A DNA stretch of 63,117 bases, filler included, from Octopus bimaculoides (Eukaryota): assembly GCF_001194135.2 (NCBI RefSeq). It is 7 parts of 6 records of this genome, joined end to end, with 100 filler letters (N's around TTAATTAATTAA, not from the genome) between each part and the next. Parts side by side here need not be neighbours in the genome. Positions count along the whole stretch, not along the records: positions 34,973 to 40,820 come from NC_068985.1; positions 40,921 to 45,697 come from NC_068981.1; positions 45,798 to 55,053 come from NC_068981.1; 4 more parts are not named here. One strand, written 5' to 3'. Every line of letters begins with the position of its first letter. The first letter of the stretch is position 1. A program made the translations under genes and the position numbers. A model generated the notes under the pieces. It did no database searches and was not told the origin of the DNA. It saw only the letters and a list, made by a program, of their open reading frames with translations. This document shows, in pieces, positions 37,152 to 50,776 of this stretch.

Positions 37152-38539
37152 NNNNNNNNNNNNNNNNNNNNNNNNNNNNNNNNNNNNNNNNNNNNNNNNN
37201 NNNNNNNNNNNNNNNNNNNNNNNNNNNNNNNNNNNNNNNNNNNNNNNNNNNNNNNNNNNNNNNNNNNNNNNNNNNNNNNNNNNNNNNNNNNNNNNNNNNN
37301 NNNNNNNNNNNNNNNNNNNNNNNNNNNNNNNNNNNNNNNNNNNNNNNNNNNNNNNNNNNNNNNNNNNNNNNNNNNNNNNNNNNNNNNNNNNNNNNNNNNN
37401 NNNNNNNNNNNNNNNNNNNNNNNNNNNNNNNNNNNNNNNNNNNNNNNNNNNNNNNNNNNNNNNNNNNNNNNNNNNNNNNNNNNNNNNNNNNNNNNNNNNN
37501 NNNNNNNNNNNNNNNNNNNNNNNNNNNNNNNNNNNNNNNNNNNNNNNNNNNNNNNNNNNNNNNNNNNNNNNNNNNNNNNNNNNNNNNNNNNNNNNNNNNN
37601 NNNNNNNNNNNNNNNNNNNNNNNNNNNNNNNNNNNNNNNNNNNNNNNNNNNNNNNNNNNNNNNNNNNNNNNNNNNNNNNNNNNNNNNNNNNNNNNNNNNN
37701 NNNNNNNNNNNNNNAAAAAAAAAAAAAAAAAAAAAAAATTAATAGAAAGCGAGAGAGAAAACTAGTTCCCCAAATAATATCAGTAGGAAGTAAGGCATTG
37801 ATTTGATTTCCTTCTTATCCGAAATTTCTAGAATAACGTGACTACAGCTAAAAAAAGCTTGTTGTTCTCATGTTGAACAATTGTTACATTCCTGTTGAAA
37901 GCGTATATCTTTGCCATTTAGTCACAGGAAACAAGAAGGAAATATATGATACACAAAACAGGAGAGATATGTAAACAATGTTTAAAAAAAGTTCGGGCAT
38001 GTTTTATGCTCAAGGATCTCTTGTATCAATCGAACTCTCTTCCCTGTGTCATTCCTTACTCTCGGAAAGGATTGCTGGATTCCTAGAAACTTCTCAGGGG
38101 GTTTGATAATGTACAAAACCCATAATACGTTTTGCAATGCAATTCATTGGTAAGGATAAATCAAAATGTTTTGCTGAACGTAAATGCGTATGTGATATAT
38201 AAGTGTTTGAATACATACATTGGCAAACATGCATACATATATAAATACACCTACGTAAGAATATATGGAAAAAGACAAGGTTAGCCGTCACTCGCAAGAG
38301 AGTACAACTTGCTAGCTTGTACCATGCTTTCTCGAATTGCTTTAGCTGCCGTTGTAGTCACGAACAGATATTCCCCACCGCCCTATCTATTTACGTGTGA
38401 TACAGAAAAATTGAAGATGTGACAGCTAATAGGAGAGATGTATGAGCACTAGGCTAGTATTCATTTGCAGTAAACTGGAGCGATGAGAACGATTACATTG
38501 TAAAAGTGCGGCCTTTGAGCCAATAATATCACGGTCTGA

Positions 38540-38713
38540 CTAGCGGTATTTCGTCTGTTTTCATGCTCTGAGTTCAAATTCTGCCGAGGTCGACTTTGTC
38601 TTTCATCCTTTCGGAGTCGATAAATTAAGTACCAGCTGCGTTCTGGTGTCGATCTAATTAACTGGCCGCCTCCCTCGAAATTTCGACCCTTGTGCCTAGA
38701 GTAGAAATGAATA
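38540..38713 (+). mobile_element. SINE family A
   Basis: B box, core and tail. Confidence 0.8.
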
Positions 38714-38814
38714 CCATGATCTGACTCTGTGAAATCTCCGAAGAAGTAGGCGTCTGTAAAAGTACGAAGATACATGTGTATGCATGCATGCGTGTGTGTG
38801 TGTGTGTCGGGTAC

Positions 38815-39120
38815 ACAATCAAGAGGTAGTGAGTTCGATTCCTGGACTGGGATGTATGTTGTGTTCTTGAACAAGACACTTTATTTCACCTTGCTCCAGT
38901 TCACTCAGCAGTCGAAATGAGTTGTGACGTCACTGGTACCAAGTTGCATCAGCCTTTACCCTTCAGTTGAATAACATCGGTGGCGTGGAGAGGGAAGGCA
39001 GGTATGCACGGGCGACTGCTGGTCTCCGATAAACAACCTTGCCCGGACTTGTGCCTTGGAGGGGAACTTTCTAGGTGCAACCCTTTGGTCATTCATGACC
39101 AAAGCAGGGTCTTTACTGTA
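38815..39120 (+). mobile_element. SINE family G, near full length
   Basis: GAGTTCGATTCC B box, TTCTTGAACAAGACACTT core. Confidence 0.85.
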
Positions 39121-39203
39121 TATATTTGTATATATATGTATATATATATATATATGTTTGAATGTATGTGTATTTCTTTATGCTATTTGTTGTCGGGGAT
39201 GCT

Positions 39204-39592
39204 GTGGAGGCGTAATGGCCCAGTGGTTAGGGCAGCGGACTCGCGGTCATAGGATCGCTGTTTCGATTCCCAGACCGGGCGTTTTGAGTGTTTATTGAGC
39301 GAAAAGAACCTAAAGCTCCACGAGGCTCCGGCAGGGGATGGTGATAAACCCTGCTGTACTCTTTCACCACAACTTTTTCTCACTCTTACTTCCTGTTTCT
39401 GTTGTGCCTGTAATTGAAAGGATCAGCATTGTCACACTGTGTCACGCTGAATATCCTCGAGAACTACGTTAAGGGTACACGTGTCTGTGGAGTGCTCAGC
39501 CACTTGCACGTTAATTTCACGAGCAGGCTGTTCCGTTGATCGGAACAACAGGAACCCTCGCCATCGTAAGCGACGGAGTGCCAACAACAACA
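39204..39592 (+). mobile_element. SINE family D, full length, (CAA)n tail
   Basis: TGGCCCAGTGGTTAGG A box, TTCGATTCC B box. Confidence 0.9.
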
Positions 39593-40139
39593 ACATGTCG
39601 GGGATGCCCATGGTGGGCTGACGAGTAAGTAATATACATGTATGGCCGATATAACAGCTTGAGTTGTGAATATTACATTTGCTTCCTTTGCAATCGAATT
39701 ATAAATCACATTTAATTATTAATAACTTGATTTTTTATGAATCTTACTATTCTTTTCCTTGTAGTATACTATTTATGCTACACTATGGCTTTATTTTTGT
39801 TTTGTGAAATATTTTCCATATTGTATAAACGATTTAATGCTCACAGGGGAGACGGAGAGAATATTTTGAGTTCTTTGAGGCGATCCCAGTAGTGAAGGCC
39901 AGTCGTGCTATCTATATTTTTATGGTCAATCCCAAGAGTGCTTCAACTTTCATTGTGGGCAGCAATATCATATGCATGTATGTATGTATGTATGTATGTA
40001 TGTATGTATGTACATACGTACATACGTACATATTTACATACATACATGATCGTCTGGACATGCAACTATATGCATGAGAATACATACATAAAAAAACCCA
40101 TACAAATCTTCACATATACATACGTACAAAAATACCCTA

Positions 40140-40250
40140 TTGATGTTGTTGAAATTCCAATGAATGAGCCTTGGATCTAGGTTAGAAACCAGCTCTTTCT
40201 CTATTGGCAAGAAATCTTGAAATAAAACTGAATAATGACATACATACATC
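40140..40250 (+). repeat. Interspersed repeat 3' end with (CATA)n tail; second copy at 4918-4975
   Basis: TTGGCA(A/G)GAAATCTTGAAATAAA(A)CTGAATAATGACA shared by both. Confidence 0.65.
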
Positions 40251-40367
40251 AGGGTATCGATGTTGTTATACATCACTAGTAACAATGCGCTTTGTATAGT
40301 TTTAGCTTTCGAATGACACCAACCCGCTGACTAGACGAGTAGGCTTACTTACAAAGATAAAAAAAAC

Positions 40368-40680
40368 AGCACTCTGTCATTTACCACGACGTGTGTTCCA
40401 CTTGATTCGATCAACAGAAGAGCCTGCTCATAAAATTAGTGTGAATGTAGCTGAGTACCCGTCACACTCGCGTACCCTGAACGTAGTTCCTTCAGAGATC
40501 CAGCTTGATACAGAATATGACATGGTTGGCCCATTCAACAACAGTTCATTTTTGCCATTTGAGTGGACTGGAGGATCATGAAATAAAGTCTCTTGTTTAA
40601 GGACACAACGCATCGTCAGGAAACGAACTCACAACCATGAGGCCGTGAGCCGAATACGCTAAGCACTAGGATACACGCCT
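40368..40680 (-). mobile_element. Diverged SINE with CORE-like 5' part and family-D-type 3' part
   Basis: GATCAAC.GAA..GCCTGCTC..AAATTA.TGTG body like family D; TTGTTTAAGGACACAAC core like family G. Confidence 0.55.
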
Positions 40681-40721
40681 TCTCTACATACACACCCATG
40701 CATAACACACACATACGTACG

Positions 40722-40757
<36 letters not shown>

Positions 40758-40920
40758 CATGCATATATATATATACATACGAGATAGAGAAGAGAAACTG
40801 TGCACAGCTATATATATATANNNNNNNNNNNNNNNNNNNNNNNNNNNNNNNNNNNNNNNNNNNNTTAATTAATTAANNNNNNNNNNNNNNNNNNNNNNNN
40901 NNNNNNNNNNNNNNNNNNNN

Positions 40921-41225
40921 CTGACTGGCCTTGTAGGGTTTTCGAGCGAAATCATTGCCAGTGCCCCTGGACTGGCTCTTGTGCGGGTGGCACATAAAAG
41001 ACACCATTTTGAGCGTGGCCGTTTTCGTGCGGGTGACACGTAAAAGAACCCACTACACTCTCTGAGTGGTTGGCGTTAGGAAGGGCATCCAGCTGTAGAA
41101 ACTCTGCCAAATTAGATTGGAGCCTGGTGTTGCCATCCGGTTTCACCAGTCCTCAGTCAAATCGTCCAACCCATGCTAGCATGGAAAGCGGACGTTAAAT
41201 GATGATGATGATGATGATGATGATG
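40921..41225 (+). mobile_element. LINE-type 3' UTR (probably RTE) with (GAT)n tail
   Basis: GGCGTTAGGAAGGGCATCCAG...CCCATGCTAGCATGGAAAGCGGACGTTAAA(TGA)n; reverse copies near 42650-42850 and 44985-45120. Confidence 0.65.
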
Positions 41226-42371
41226 ATATATATATACATATGGCAACACTGGACTAAGGCTAGGGTGTTAGAATGTATAACACCAGCAGTACCATCATCT
41301 CACAGATGTGAACCCGACAGAAGATAACAGGCCTTCATATAGTAATTCAATGGATGATTACCCTGGAATGATTTTAAAACACTGTCCTCTAATCTAGGGT
41401 TAGTTTTTGTCATAGACAGGGCCATGGGGGCCTCTGAAGACTGAAAAACAAGGAGATGAATAAATATTATAAATAAAACTAAGATGGCTTTTAAACTTTT
41501 AAAACTTGTCCAGGACACTGAGCATGGTTGCGTACTCTGTTGTTTTTATTAATAAAGAGGAGGAAGAGCACAAAATTTTTTCACAAATATTTAGGGGTGA
41601 GAAGCCTTGTATATTTCAGTTTGAGAACCACTAGTCTAAGATGCCACACAGTCAGATCAAACCTGAAGCCATGCAGTTACAAAACAAACTTCTTGACCAC
41701 ACAGCCATGCCTGAACCTCAAACAACATTACAAAAACTTGTTTCCGAGTTCAATTCCTGCCAGATTCAGTGTATTTTCTTTATTCTATTGCTCCGGGAGT
41801 TAATGAACTAATAATAATAAACTGTGATTGGTTCAGTCAATCATACCTGTTTCTGATGAGAAAGACTGGATTAGACAGAACTAAAAGAAAGCCAACATTA
41901 AATAGATTCAGATTTAAATTGATTGAAGTATTTTGGGAAAAGAAATTAGTTTCTATTTGAAAATTAAGAAAACAAAACAAGAAAATTCTTACAGATTTGA
42001 AGACAACTGAAATTTGTTTTGCATGAAAAATTAGGTTAGTTATATAAGTTGTTCAATATAGTTCTCCCAGTGGAGAATTTCAAATATAGTTAGCTGGAAG
42101 ATTTTCCAGTTTATTCAGTTTTTAGACTTTAAATGAGATTCAAATGTAAATAAAGTTGAGTCTAGACTAGGACAATAAAAAAAAAAAAATCATTTAAATG
42201 TTAGTATCTATAAAATGTCCAGTGTTCTCCTTCACTTTAAATATGCAACAATGTCATGTTATTTCTTGACCAAAATATGTATCAGAAACATACATAGAAT
42301 ACCAGGTTCACCTGTTTCTAAGTTTCCCTTTTCTTCTTTACATTTATAATATTTTCTTGTCATTACTCAGG

Positions 42372-42580
42372 TTGTAAGCTGGCAGAATCGTTAGCACACC
42401 AAGCAAAATACTTAGCGGCATTTTGTCCATCTCTGGGTTCAAATTCCACTGAGGTCGACTTTAACTTTCATCTTTTTAGGGTCAATAAAACAAGTAGTAG
42501 TTCAAAACTTGGATCGATTCAATCAACTTATCTCGTCCCCCAAAATTGCTGGCCTTGAGCCAAAAGTTGAAATCAATATT
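42372..42580 (+). mobile_element. SINE family A
   Basis: AAGCTGGCAGAATCGTTAGC head, GGTTCAAATTCC B box. Confidence 0.8.
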
Positions 42581-42899
42581 TCTGTTATCACTATTATTAT
42601 CGTCACTGCCACCACAGCCGTTGCTACTGTTAACATTTCAATGATCAAATTTCCGTACTAGATGGGTGAGATGGAATTCATTGAGGCAGATATTCTATGA
42701 CTGGATGTCCTACCTTTGCAAATTATTACTTCTTTCCAAGCAAGGTGATATTTTTCACTATAACCAGACATGTTTCCATAGAAAATTGGAAACATAAATG
42801 ACAATGCTTGTATGACTAATACCTGTTCACAACTGTCAGTAAGGAGATGAATGCAACAGTATAGGAAGGAAAGCAGCAGGATAATAAACCTGTAGATGT

Positions 42900-43420
42900 G
42901 AAAATAGGGAGATGATGTGCAAGGTGGGAAAGTGGAAAGTGAAAGATGTTCAGGGACAGAGATGGTATTCAGAGGTATGAAGGGGTGACTGTAGTGAGTG
43001 GAGGACAAAGGTGAGAGGGGGCCATTGATGACAGATGTGACAGGGCTTTGAGAGTGATAGCAGATAGAAGAGAGTGTTAAATATGAGGTATGGCACTTCC
43101 TAAGGTGTAGCTCAGAGGAGAGGAACAAATACCTGAAGGCACAGAAAGGGGTAAGCAGTGGAAAATAAAATGGAGGACAACATTGAGAATGAGATAGATG
43201 TTCATAAAAATGGTTCCAGTGAGAGCGTGAGATATCTGGTGGCACAAAAAGAAGAAATATTTGCAGATAATGCTAGTATATCATTACAGCACCTGAATAG
43301 TGCCACTGTAAGAAGAGTGATGTAAGGATGGATATATGGAATATGGGAGATGGGTATTAGGAAGGTGGTGAAAGCTTGATAAGAACAGAGTATTCAGACT
43401 AGTATCCTGATCTTGGTTGT
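42900..43420 (-). mobile_element. CR1-group LINE 3' relic
   Basis: Fragments such as GICSSPL..GSAIP resemble the C-SSEL.SAIP motif; many stops. Confidence 0.4.
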
Positions 43421-44419
43421 CACAGAATTTTTCAGCTGTTACACCCTCTGACTCTCTTCACGTATCTACTGTATTCAATAACATTGTTGGAATTTCAAAC
43501 TGAAACTTTTCATCAAATCACATTTAAACCATTTGTATATTTATGGTACCACTTACTTGTTCCAGTGTTTCTATAAAATATTACAATTGCAGGGGTTACA
43601 CTTGTCTGGCAAGTAATTTAATCTGAGACTGTGTTGAAGCTAAAGCAATTACAGCAAGGAAAACTCACATTAGCTATTCCATAATACCTAAAAACTGTTA
43701 ACTTCACCTAAACATTTATTATTTGGTGTCAAAATTTACATAACACTAACTGCAACATGGTCACTGATACAATTCCACTACAGTATATACTATATATATA
43801 TAGAACACACACATGTGTGTGCTATAAATTGCTGTAACATAACATATATACAAATATATAAGCTAACACTTGATACACTAAAATTAGTAGTCAAATCTCT
43901 TTAAATAACACACTATCATCATGAAATAAAGGTACATTAAAAATTGTAGTCCTTGATATGATGGTCACATTTGAAATACCTTCTATCGAAAGCATGCTTG
44001 ATCAAGGCTGACCTGGGGCTAAATAGCAGCAGCAATATAAGATTTAACCAACTTTACAGAGTCACCATATTTCTGCTTTGAATAACAAGTGTTTTCCACA
44101 CTGATATGAACTGTCACATTAAGTGTGACTGTGTGTATATAGATATATACATATATATGTGTAATACATGCATGCATATGTGTGTGAGTGTGTATCTATG
44201 TCTTTATTGCCTATAAATGTATCATATAGGTCATATGTCTTATCACACTGATGATAAAATAAACCAGAGATAACACAAGATTATAAAACAACCATTTGTC
44301 ATAAGTTTTTATATTTTATAGAAAATCTATAATACTAAGCTGTCTGTCTGTCTGTCTGTCTATATACATACATATATATATAATGCATATATATACTAAC
44401 TCTGAAGTCTGGTGATCTC

Positions 44420-44760
44420 TAAGAAAACTAACTGTACATGAATTGTTTGTAATATCTGTGGAAGCCATGTACAGAGATGCTATTAGCAAGGTAAGAATTG
44501 GTTATGAAATCAATGAAGAATTTTGTAAGCTGATAATTTTTCATCAAAACATAGTTCTCAGTCACCTCCTCTTTATTCTAGTTCTCCAGACTATAACAGA
44601 AGAGGCTAAAACTGACTACTTGTAAGTACTCTTGTTTACTGAGGATCTAGTAACTATAGTTGAAATCTGCTGAAGATTCAGAGAAGGATTTCTGAACATA
44701 GATACAAAGCCAAGAAACAAAAGGCAACAAAGTAGACCTAGCAAAGACTTGAGTCTTAGC
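44420..44760 (+). mobile_element. RTE-clade LINE reverse transcriptase relic
   Basis: EAMYRDAISKVRIG...HQNIVLSHLLFILVLQTITEE...LLFTEDL matches AMY...GVHQGSVLSPLLF...LLYADDL. Confidence 0.85.
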
Positions 44761-45665
44761 TGACAACAAAGAAAGCAGAATTGTACTGCCATCTGAAAAT
44801 TGACCATCTGTGGTATACAGGAAAGAAGTAGATAGGAGCTTCTTCATACATGGTGTCCAATATAAACTGTGGGTGCACAAGAAATGTAATGGGATTACAA
44901 ATAAGTGCAAGCACAAACAGAAAGAGACTTTGTATATCATCTTCAACATTTACTGTCTTTTTCTGTGCTGGCATAAGTTGGATGGCTTGACAGGAACTGG
45001 CAAGGTCAGGGACTGCACCAAGTTCCATAGTTTGGTTTGGTTTGGTATCGACAGTTGGATGCCCTTCCTAACACCAACTACTTTACAGAGTGTACTGGGT
45101 GCCTTTTACATGTCACCTTTGTTTTAAGATTTCAATTCTGTTGTGGTGGGCGGGTCTTCTTGAGTACAGCAATGCCCCACACATCTTGTTCCTCTGTCAT
45201 CTCTTTTGTAAGGAGATGATAAATGATATATATTTGTGTGTGTGTGAATGTTGACCAAAGCCCTGTGAGTGAAAGTGTTTGTATTGCCTATGGCTCATCA
45301 GCTACTTTGTACTTGTTGAATGACATGTTCAATAAAATATCCCTTATTTGAAAAGCAGTTAAAGGTTAGTGATAAGACACTAAAAAACAATACCTCAATA
45401 TTATATTTGTCTAATCCATGCTGAGATGGAAAAACGAGCATAAAGACATTCACAGGAACAAACATACACATGCACATGTGGCGGTGGGGTAACTTACTAT
45501 TTATTTGTCTATATTGGTTTATTGATGATGTGTCATTTTAAGTCTCACATGTTAGCAGCTCAACAGATAAGAGTTCAATTAAAATCAGTACTGGGATCCT
45601 TATGATCAACTAAAAACTCCTGTATGACAAAAACCAGTAAGAGAATTTAAAAAAAAAATCATGTA

Positions 45666-45697
<32 letters not shown>

Positions 45698-46592
45698 NNN
45701 NNNNNNNNNNNNNNNNNNNNNNNNNNNNNNNNNNNNNNNNNTTAATTAATTAANNNNNNNNNNNNNNNNNNNNNNNNNNNNNNNNNNNNNNNNNNNNAAG
45801 TTCTCGGAATCTACATAGTTCGAGGTATATTTGTAGAGAATTTCATTAAAAATTATCCATTTTCCTGAAAGTTAAGACGAATTGAAGTGGACTCCGGTGA
45901 ATTTCCCGAAATTCCCACCCCAACCCCTCCTAAAATACTTTTCCCCCAAAACTTTGTATATTCGGAATTTACATGATATAACACATATTCGTCCAAACAG
46001 ATTTCAGTATAAACTTTCGGAAAATATGCTCAAAAAGAAACAAAAAATATTCCGTGAATCTTCTCAGCTGCAAAAGCCTTTGTATCAATGATGGAAGTTT
46101 TTTCTTGCCTTTTTGCTGAATTCACAAAACTGACTGGTGGAAATAAAACGACCTGTTAATTTTCATCTCTGTTCATATATATACGTGTGTGTATATGTGC
46201 ATTACCAGTACCATAAATCTCTCTCTCTAACTATCTATTTATCAATCTGTCTCCCTCTCTCTCCTCTTTCTTTCTCTCTCTCTTTCTGCCTCTTTCTCTT
46301 CCTTCACTGACGCTACTTCTTACTTCCACTCCATTTCAACCCATTTCACACCATTTAATTCTTTCATCCTTCATCTTGCAACGCCATTTATTGCCCTATT
46401 AACACTCTGCAACACCACATTTTTCCTGTGTACCTCGATTTTTTTGTCGCCAGAGATAAAAGAGTCACTACTCTTTGACACACCCGCACACATAAGTCTG
46501 TCTCCACTGTATTTCTCCATAGGGAATTAAGATAGCATTGCTTTCAGTATTGACCAGTTCTAGACTTCATACACGCATGCACGCATACACAA

Positions 46593-46623
<31 letters not shown>

Positions 46624-47669
46624 AACACACACAAACACACACACATACGCGTTTGTAATTACCTACATGTTTTCACATACCACTAAATCGAAGGAAATAA
46701 TCTTATTCCCTCTTTAGTGACTTCAGATCTTATGAATATGNNNNNNNNNNNNNNNNNNNNNNNNNNNNNNNNNNNNNNNNNNNNNNNNNNNNNNNNNNNN
46801 NNNNNNNNNNNNNNNNNNNNNNNNNNNNNNNNNNNNNNNNNNNNNNNNNNNNNNNNNNNNNNNNNNNNNNNNNNNNNNNNNNNNNNNNNNNNNNNNNNNN
46901 NNNNNNNNNNNNNNNNNNNNNNNNNNNNNNNNNNNNNNNNNNNNNNNNNNNNNNNNNNNNNNNNNNNNNNNNNNNNNNNNNNNNNNNNNNNNNNNNNNNN
47001 NNNNNNNNNNNNNNNNNNNNNNNNNNNNNNNNNNNNNNNNNNNNNNNNNNNNNNNNNNNNNNNNNNNNNNNNNNNNNNNNNNNNNNNNNNNNNNNNNNNN
47101 NNNNNNNNNNNNNNNNNNNNNNNNNNNNNNNNNNNNNNNNNNNNNNNNNNNNNNNNNNNNNNNNNNNNNNNNNNNNNNNNNNNNNNNNNNNNNNNNNNNN
47201 NNNNNNNNNNNNNNNNNNNNNNNNNNNNNNNNNNNNNNNNNNNNNNNNNNNNNNNNNNNNNNNNNNNNNNNNNNNNNNNNNNNNNNNNNNNNNNNNNNNN
47301 NNNNNNNNNNNNNNNNNNNNNNNNNNNNNNNNNNNNNNNNNNNNNNNNNNNNNNNNNNNNNNNNNNNNNNNNNNNNNNNNNNNNNNNNNNNNNNNNNNNN
47401 NNNNNNNNNNNNNNNNNNNNNNNNNNNTAAGTATATGTAAGTAACTGTATGTGAGAGTCTATGTGTGTGTATGTGTGATATATATATTTTTTTATTTGGA
47501 TTAAAGCACACATCTACACATACATATACATATGTGACGACTGATAAAAACAATGAGGTGAAAAGCTATGTAAGTCTGTCTTACTATATGTAACTGTCGT
47601 CGCATTTTCTATATCAATGTGCATGTGTCTGTGAGTGTGTGTTTGCGCGTTTGTTAGGTACGCTATTAA

Positions 47670-47715
<46 letters not shown>

Positions 47716-47738
47716 ACACACACTCACACACATCTACA

Positions 47739-48348
47739 CTAAAGCTGGGTGCTCCCATTATGTTGCTTAGGAATCTTGACTCACCTCGCCTGTGTAATGA
47801 AACTCACTTAATTGTTACTTCCATGAAACCCCATGTCTTAGAGGCAACAACAGATAATCACAAACATAACGGATAGTTATGAGCATGACAGATAGTTAGA
47901 GCATAACAGATAGTCACAAAGGAGAAAATGTTTTTATTCCAAAAATTCCTCTCACACCTACAGATGTTCCATTTGAATTTAAGAGGCTTCAGCTTCCAGT
48001 CAAACTAAGTTTTGCTATTTCAATCAACAAACCTCGGGGTCAATCCCTCAAAGTAGTTGGACTTAATCTCTCTACTACATGCTTCTCCCGCGGCCAACTC
48101 TATGTTGCTTGCTCACGAGTTGGAAGCAGCAACGATTTATTCATTTGGAGACCAACAACCAATTACACATTGAATAGTGTTTACCCTGAGGTGCTTCAAG
48201 ATTGACAGACTATTAGTACTACAATTTGGATTTTTAAAAATACAATATAGATATTTAGAAATAATCATGAGAAAAATATATCTTCATATTTATTGTTTAC
48301 TAAATAAATAAGAACAGCTGCAACCCGGGCAACGTCGGGTCGTTCAGT
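47739..48348 (+). mobile_element. Helitron 3' part: PIF1-like helicase C-terminus, UTR and 3' hairpin
   Basis: LKLGAPIMLLRNLDSPRLCN...FKRLQLPVKLSFAISINKPRGQSLKVVG...GQLYVACSRV...VYPEVLQD*; hairpin ACCCGGGCAACGTCGGGT. Confidence 0.92.
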
Positions 48349-48454
48349 TATTTAATTATATAATACAATCCTCACCATTTTCAGTCCGTGACCAGTAGAT
48401 TCTTGTCACGTCGCAATAACTTTCAATGAATCATTTAATATCTAAAAGAAATAA

Positions 48455-48690
48455 GTCGGCGAGCTGGCAGAAACGTTAGCACGCCAGCACGCCAGGCGAA
48501 ATGCTTAGCGGTATTTCGTCTGCCGTTACGTTCTAAGTCCAAATTCCGCCGAGGTCGACTTTGCTTTTCATCCTTTCAGGGTCGATTAAATAAGTATCAG
48601 TTAATCACTGGGGTCGATGTAATCGACTTAATCCCTTTGTCTGTCCTTGTTTGTCCCCCATATGTTTAGCCCCCTGTGGGCAATAAATAA
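48455..48690 (+). mobile_element. SINE family A (alternative tail), near consensus
   Basis: Complete head, core and tail; small internal duplication AGCACGCC. Confidence 0.9.
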
Positions 48691-48779
48691 ATGAATATTT
48701 TAAAGAAATGGGTTATCTTTAATTCAAGATTTCCTACTTTCAAGACTGTTATGTGTATCTATATCCCTTTGTATAAATA

Positions 48780-49035
48780 GTTATATGCAACAGAAGCAGT
48801 GTCCGTAGTTGGGTAATATTCAGTTTCATCGCCTTTTTAATTCCCTCATTAATTAATCTTAAGGGGTATTTCTGCATTGTGAAGAAGCCTTTGAGTTCGT
48901 TGAATCGGATTTCACGTATTTTGGGGTCAGTCACTATAGCACAGATGCATCTTGCCATGCTGTATGGGATACTTCTTTTGATGTGTGATGGAAAGCAAGA
49001 TTAGAAAGTAACATAAAGAGTAGAAATTTAAATAT
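48780..49035 (-). mobile_element. Penelope-like element RT C-terminal relic
   Basis: QYLNF...SHIKRSIPYSMARCICAIVTDPKIREIRFNELKGFFTMQKYPLRLINEGIKKA matches the PLE IPYS.A.R...ELK...YP motif. Confidence 0.8.
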
Positions 49036-50240
49036 TGGTGTGTGTCAGTTTTTTTTTGTGTGCAAAGGATGCGTTCCGATGGTCAGGCGATCCGTTTGCT
49101 GCCAACACCCGTTAAAAGGAGGGCTGGGTTGATGATGCGCAGACACGCGCTGAGACTGNNNNNNNNNNNNNNNNNNNNNNNNNNNNNNNNNNNNNNNNNN
49201 NNNNNNNNNNNNNNNNNNNNNNNNNNNNNNNNNNNNNNNNNNNNNNNNNNNNNNNNNNNNNNNNNNNNNNNNNNNNNNNNNNNNNNNNNNNNNNNNNNNN
49301 NNNNNNNNNNNNNNNNNNNNNNNNNNNNNNNNNNNNNNNNNNNNNNNNNNNNNNNNNNNNNNNNNNNNNNNNNNNNNNNNNNNNNNNNNNNNNNNNNNNN
49401 NNNNNNNNNNNNNNNNNNNNNNNNNNNNNNNNNNNNNNNNNNNNNNNNNNNNNNNNNNNNNNNNNNNNNNNNNNNNNNNNNNNNNNNNNNNNNNNNNNNN
49501 NNNNNNNNNNNNNNNNNNNNNNNNNNNNNNNNNNNNNNNNNNNNNNNNNNNNNNNGGGCCGACCTGCCCGAGATGCGGTCAGAGCAATGAAACTGTTCTG
49601 CACGCACTCGTACAGTGTCCAACTATTTCCGACCTGTGGGCCTATGTCGAACGACCGCTATCGCGTGTGGGACGAGTCAGTTTATCAACCGAGTCCATCG
49701 TGAATATTGTCGCGCCTCCTTCCTTGAAACGGGAAAGAAGAGTCATTTTCATCGTGCTTGTGGTTATGGCGAAAGAATGTGTATGGTGGACGCGTCTGGA
49801 AGGTCTAGAGGCAAACACTTTCCTCTCTGGTGAACCTCTCATCAACTTCTTCAAGTATCACTTGAAGAGGAAGGTGAGAGTAGAGAGGGAAGTTTTGTCT
49901 AGTAAATGTTTCGAAAAAAAGATGGCTGAATGTAGCAAGGATGGCACGTGTGAATGACGGGGCCACCTTGATCATAATCCTATGAACCAGAAAAAGAAAG
50001 GAAAAAAGAGAGTCATTTACTGTAATGTGTTTTTTGCTTCACATTATTGCCCGAGGTTACCGTGATCTTTTCCGTAGGCTTTTCTTTCCACGGATAAACC
50101 TAATCTGTTTCCCATTTTACATTATGACATTTCTATGATACACGATCCCTATTCATCGGCTTCCCCTCTTCTTTTTTCACGATCCCTTTTGATCGATATT
50201 CTACCCCCATTCTTTCTTTCCTTCCCAAAAAGAAAAGCTC
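49030..50240 (+). mobile_element. Tx1/L1-clade LINE 3' portion (spans a gap)
   Basis: KGCVPMVRRSVCCQHPLKGGLG before the gap; CPRCGQSNETVLHALVQC zinc-knuckle motif after it; T-rich 3' UTR. Confidence 0.8.
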
Positions 50241-50294
50241 TACTTTGTATTTAGTCCCCTCTGTGTTCAACCCTGTGTGGCCAATAAAGAAACA

Positions 50295-50344
<50 letters not shown>

Positions 50345-50356
50345 CCTACCTATATT

Positions 50357-50420
<64 letters not shown>

Positions 50421-50708
50421 CCTACCTACATTTCTATCTATCCATCTCCATTGTCATGGAACCTCACCCCCAAAAACAAAAGCAATGTTCTCTTCTAAAC
50501 AAAGCACCTAAAAAACATCTGTTTTATATAAATGAACAAGCTGTTGGTNNNNNNNNNNNNNNNNNNNNNNNNNNNNNNNNNNNNNNNNNNNNNNNNNNNN
50601 NNNNNNNNNNNNNNNNNNNNNNNNNNNNNNNNNNNNNNNNNNNNNNNNNNNNNNNNNNNNNNNNNNNNNNNNNNNNNNNNNNNNNNNNNNNNNNNNNNNN
50701 NNNNNNNN

Positions 50709-50758
<50 letters not shown>

Positions 50759-50776
50759 CATACATACATACACACA

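Noticed and set aside
46685-46740. Minus-strand TG|GTATGT donor next to a gap
   Set aside because: All three frames hit stops before the donor and the acceptor side is in the gap; unsupported
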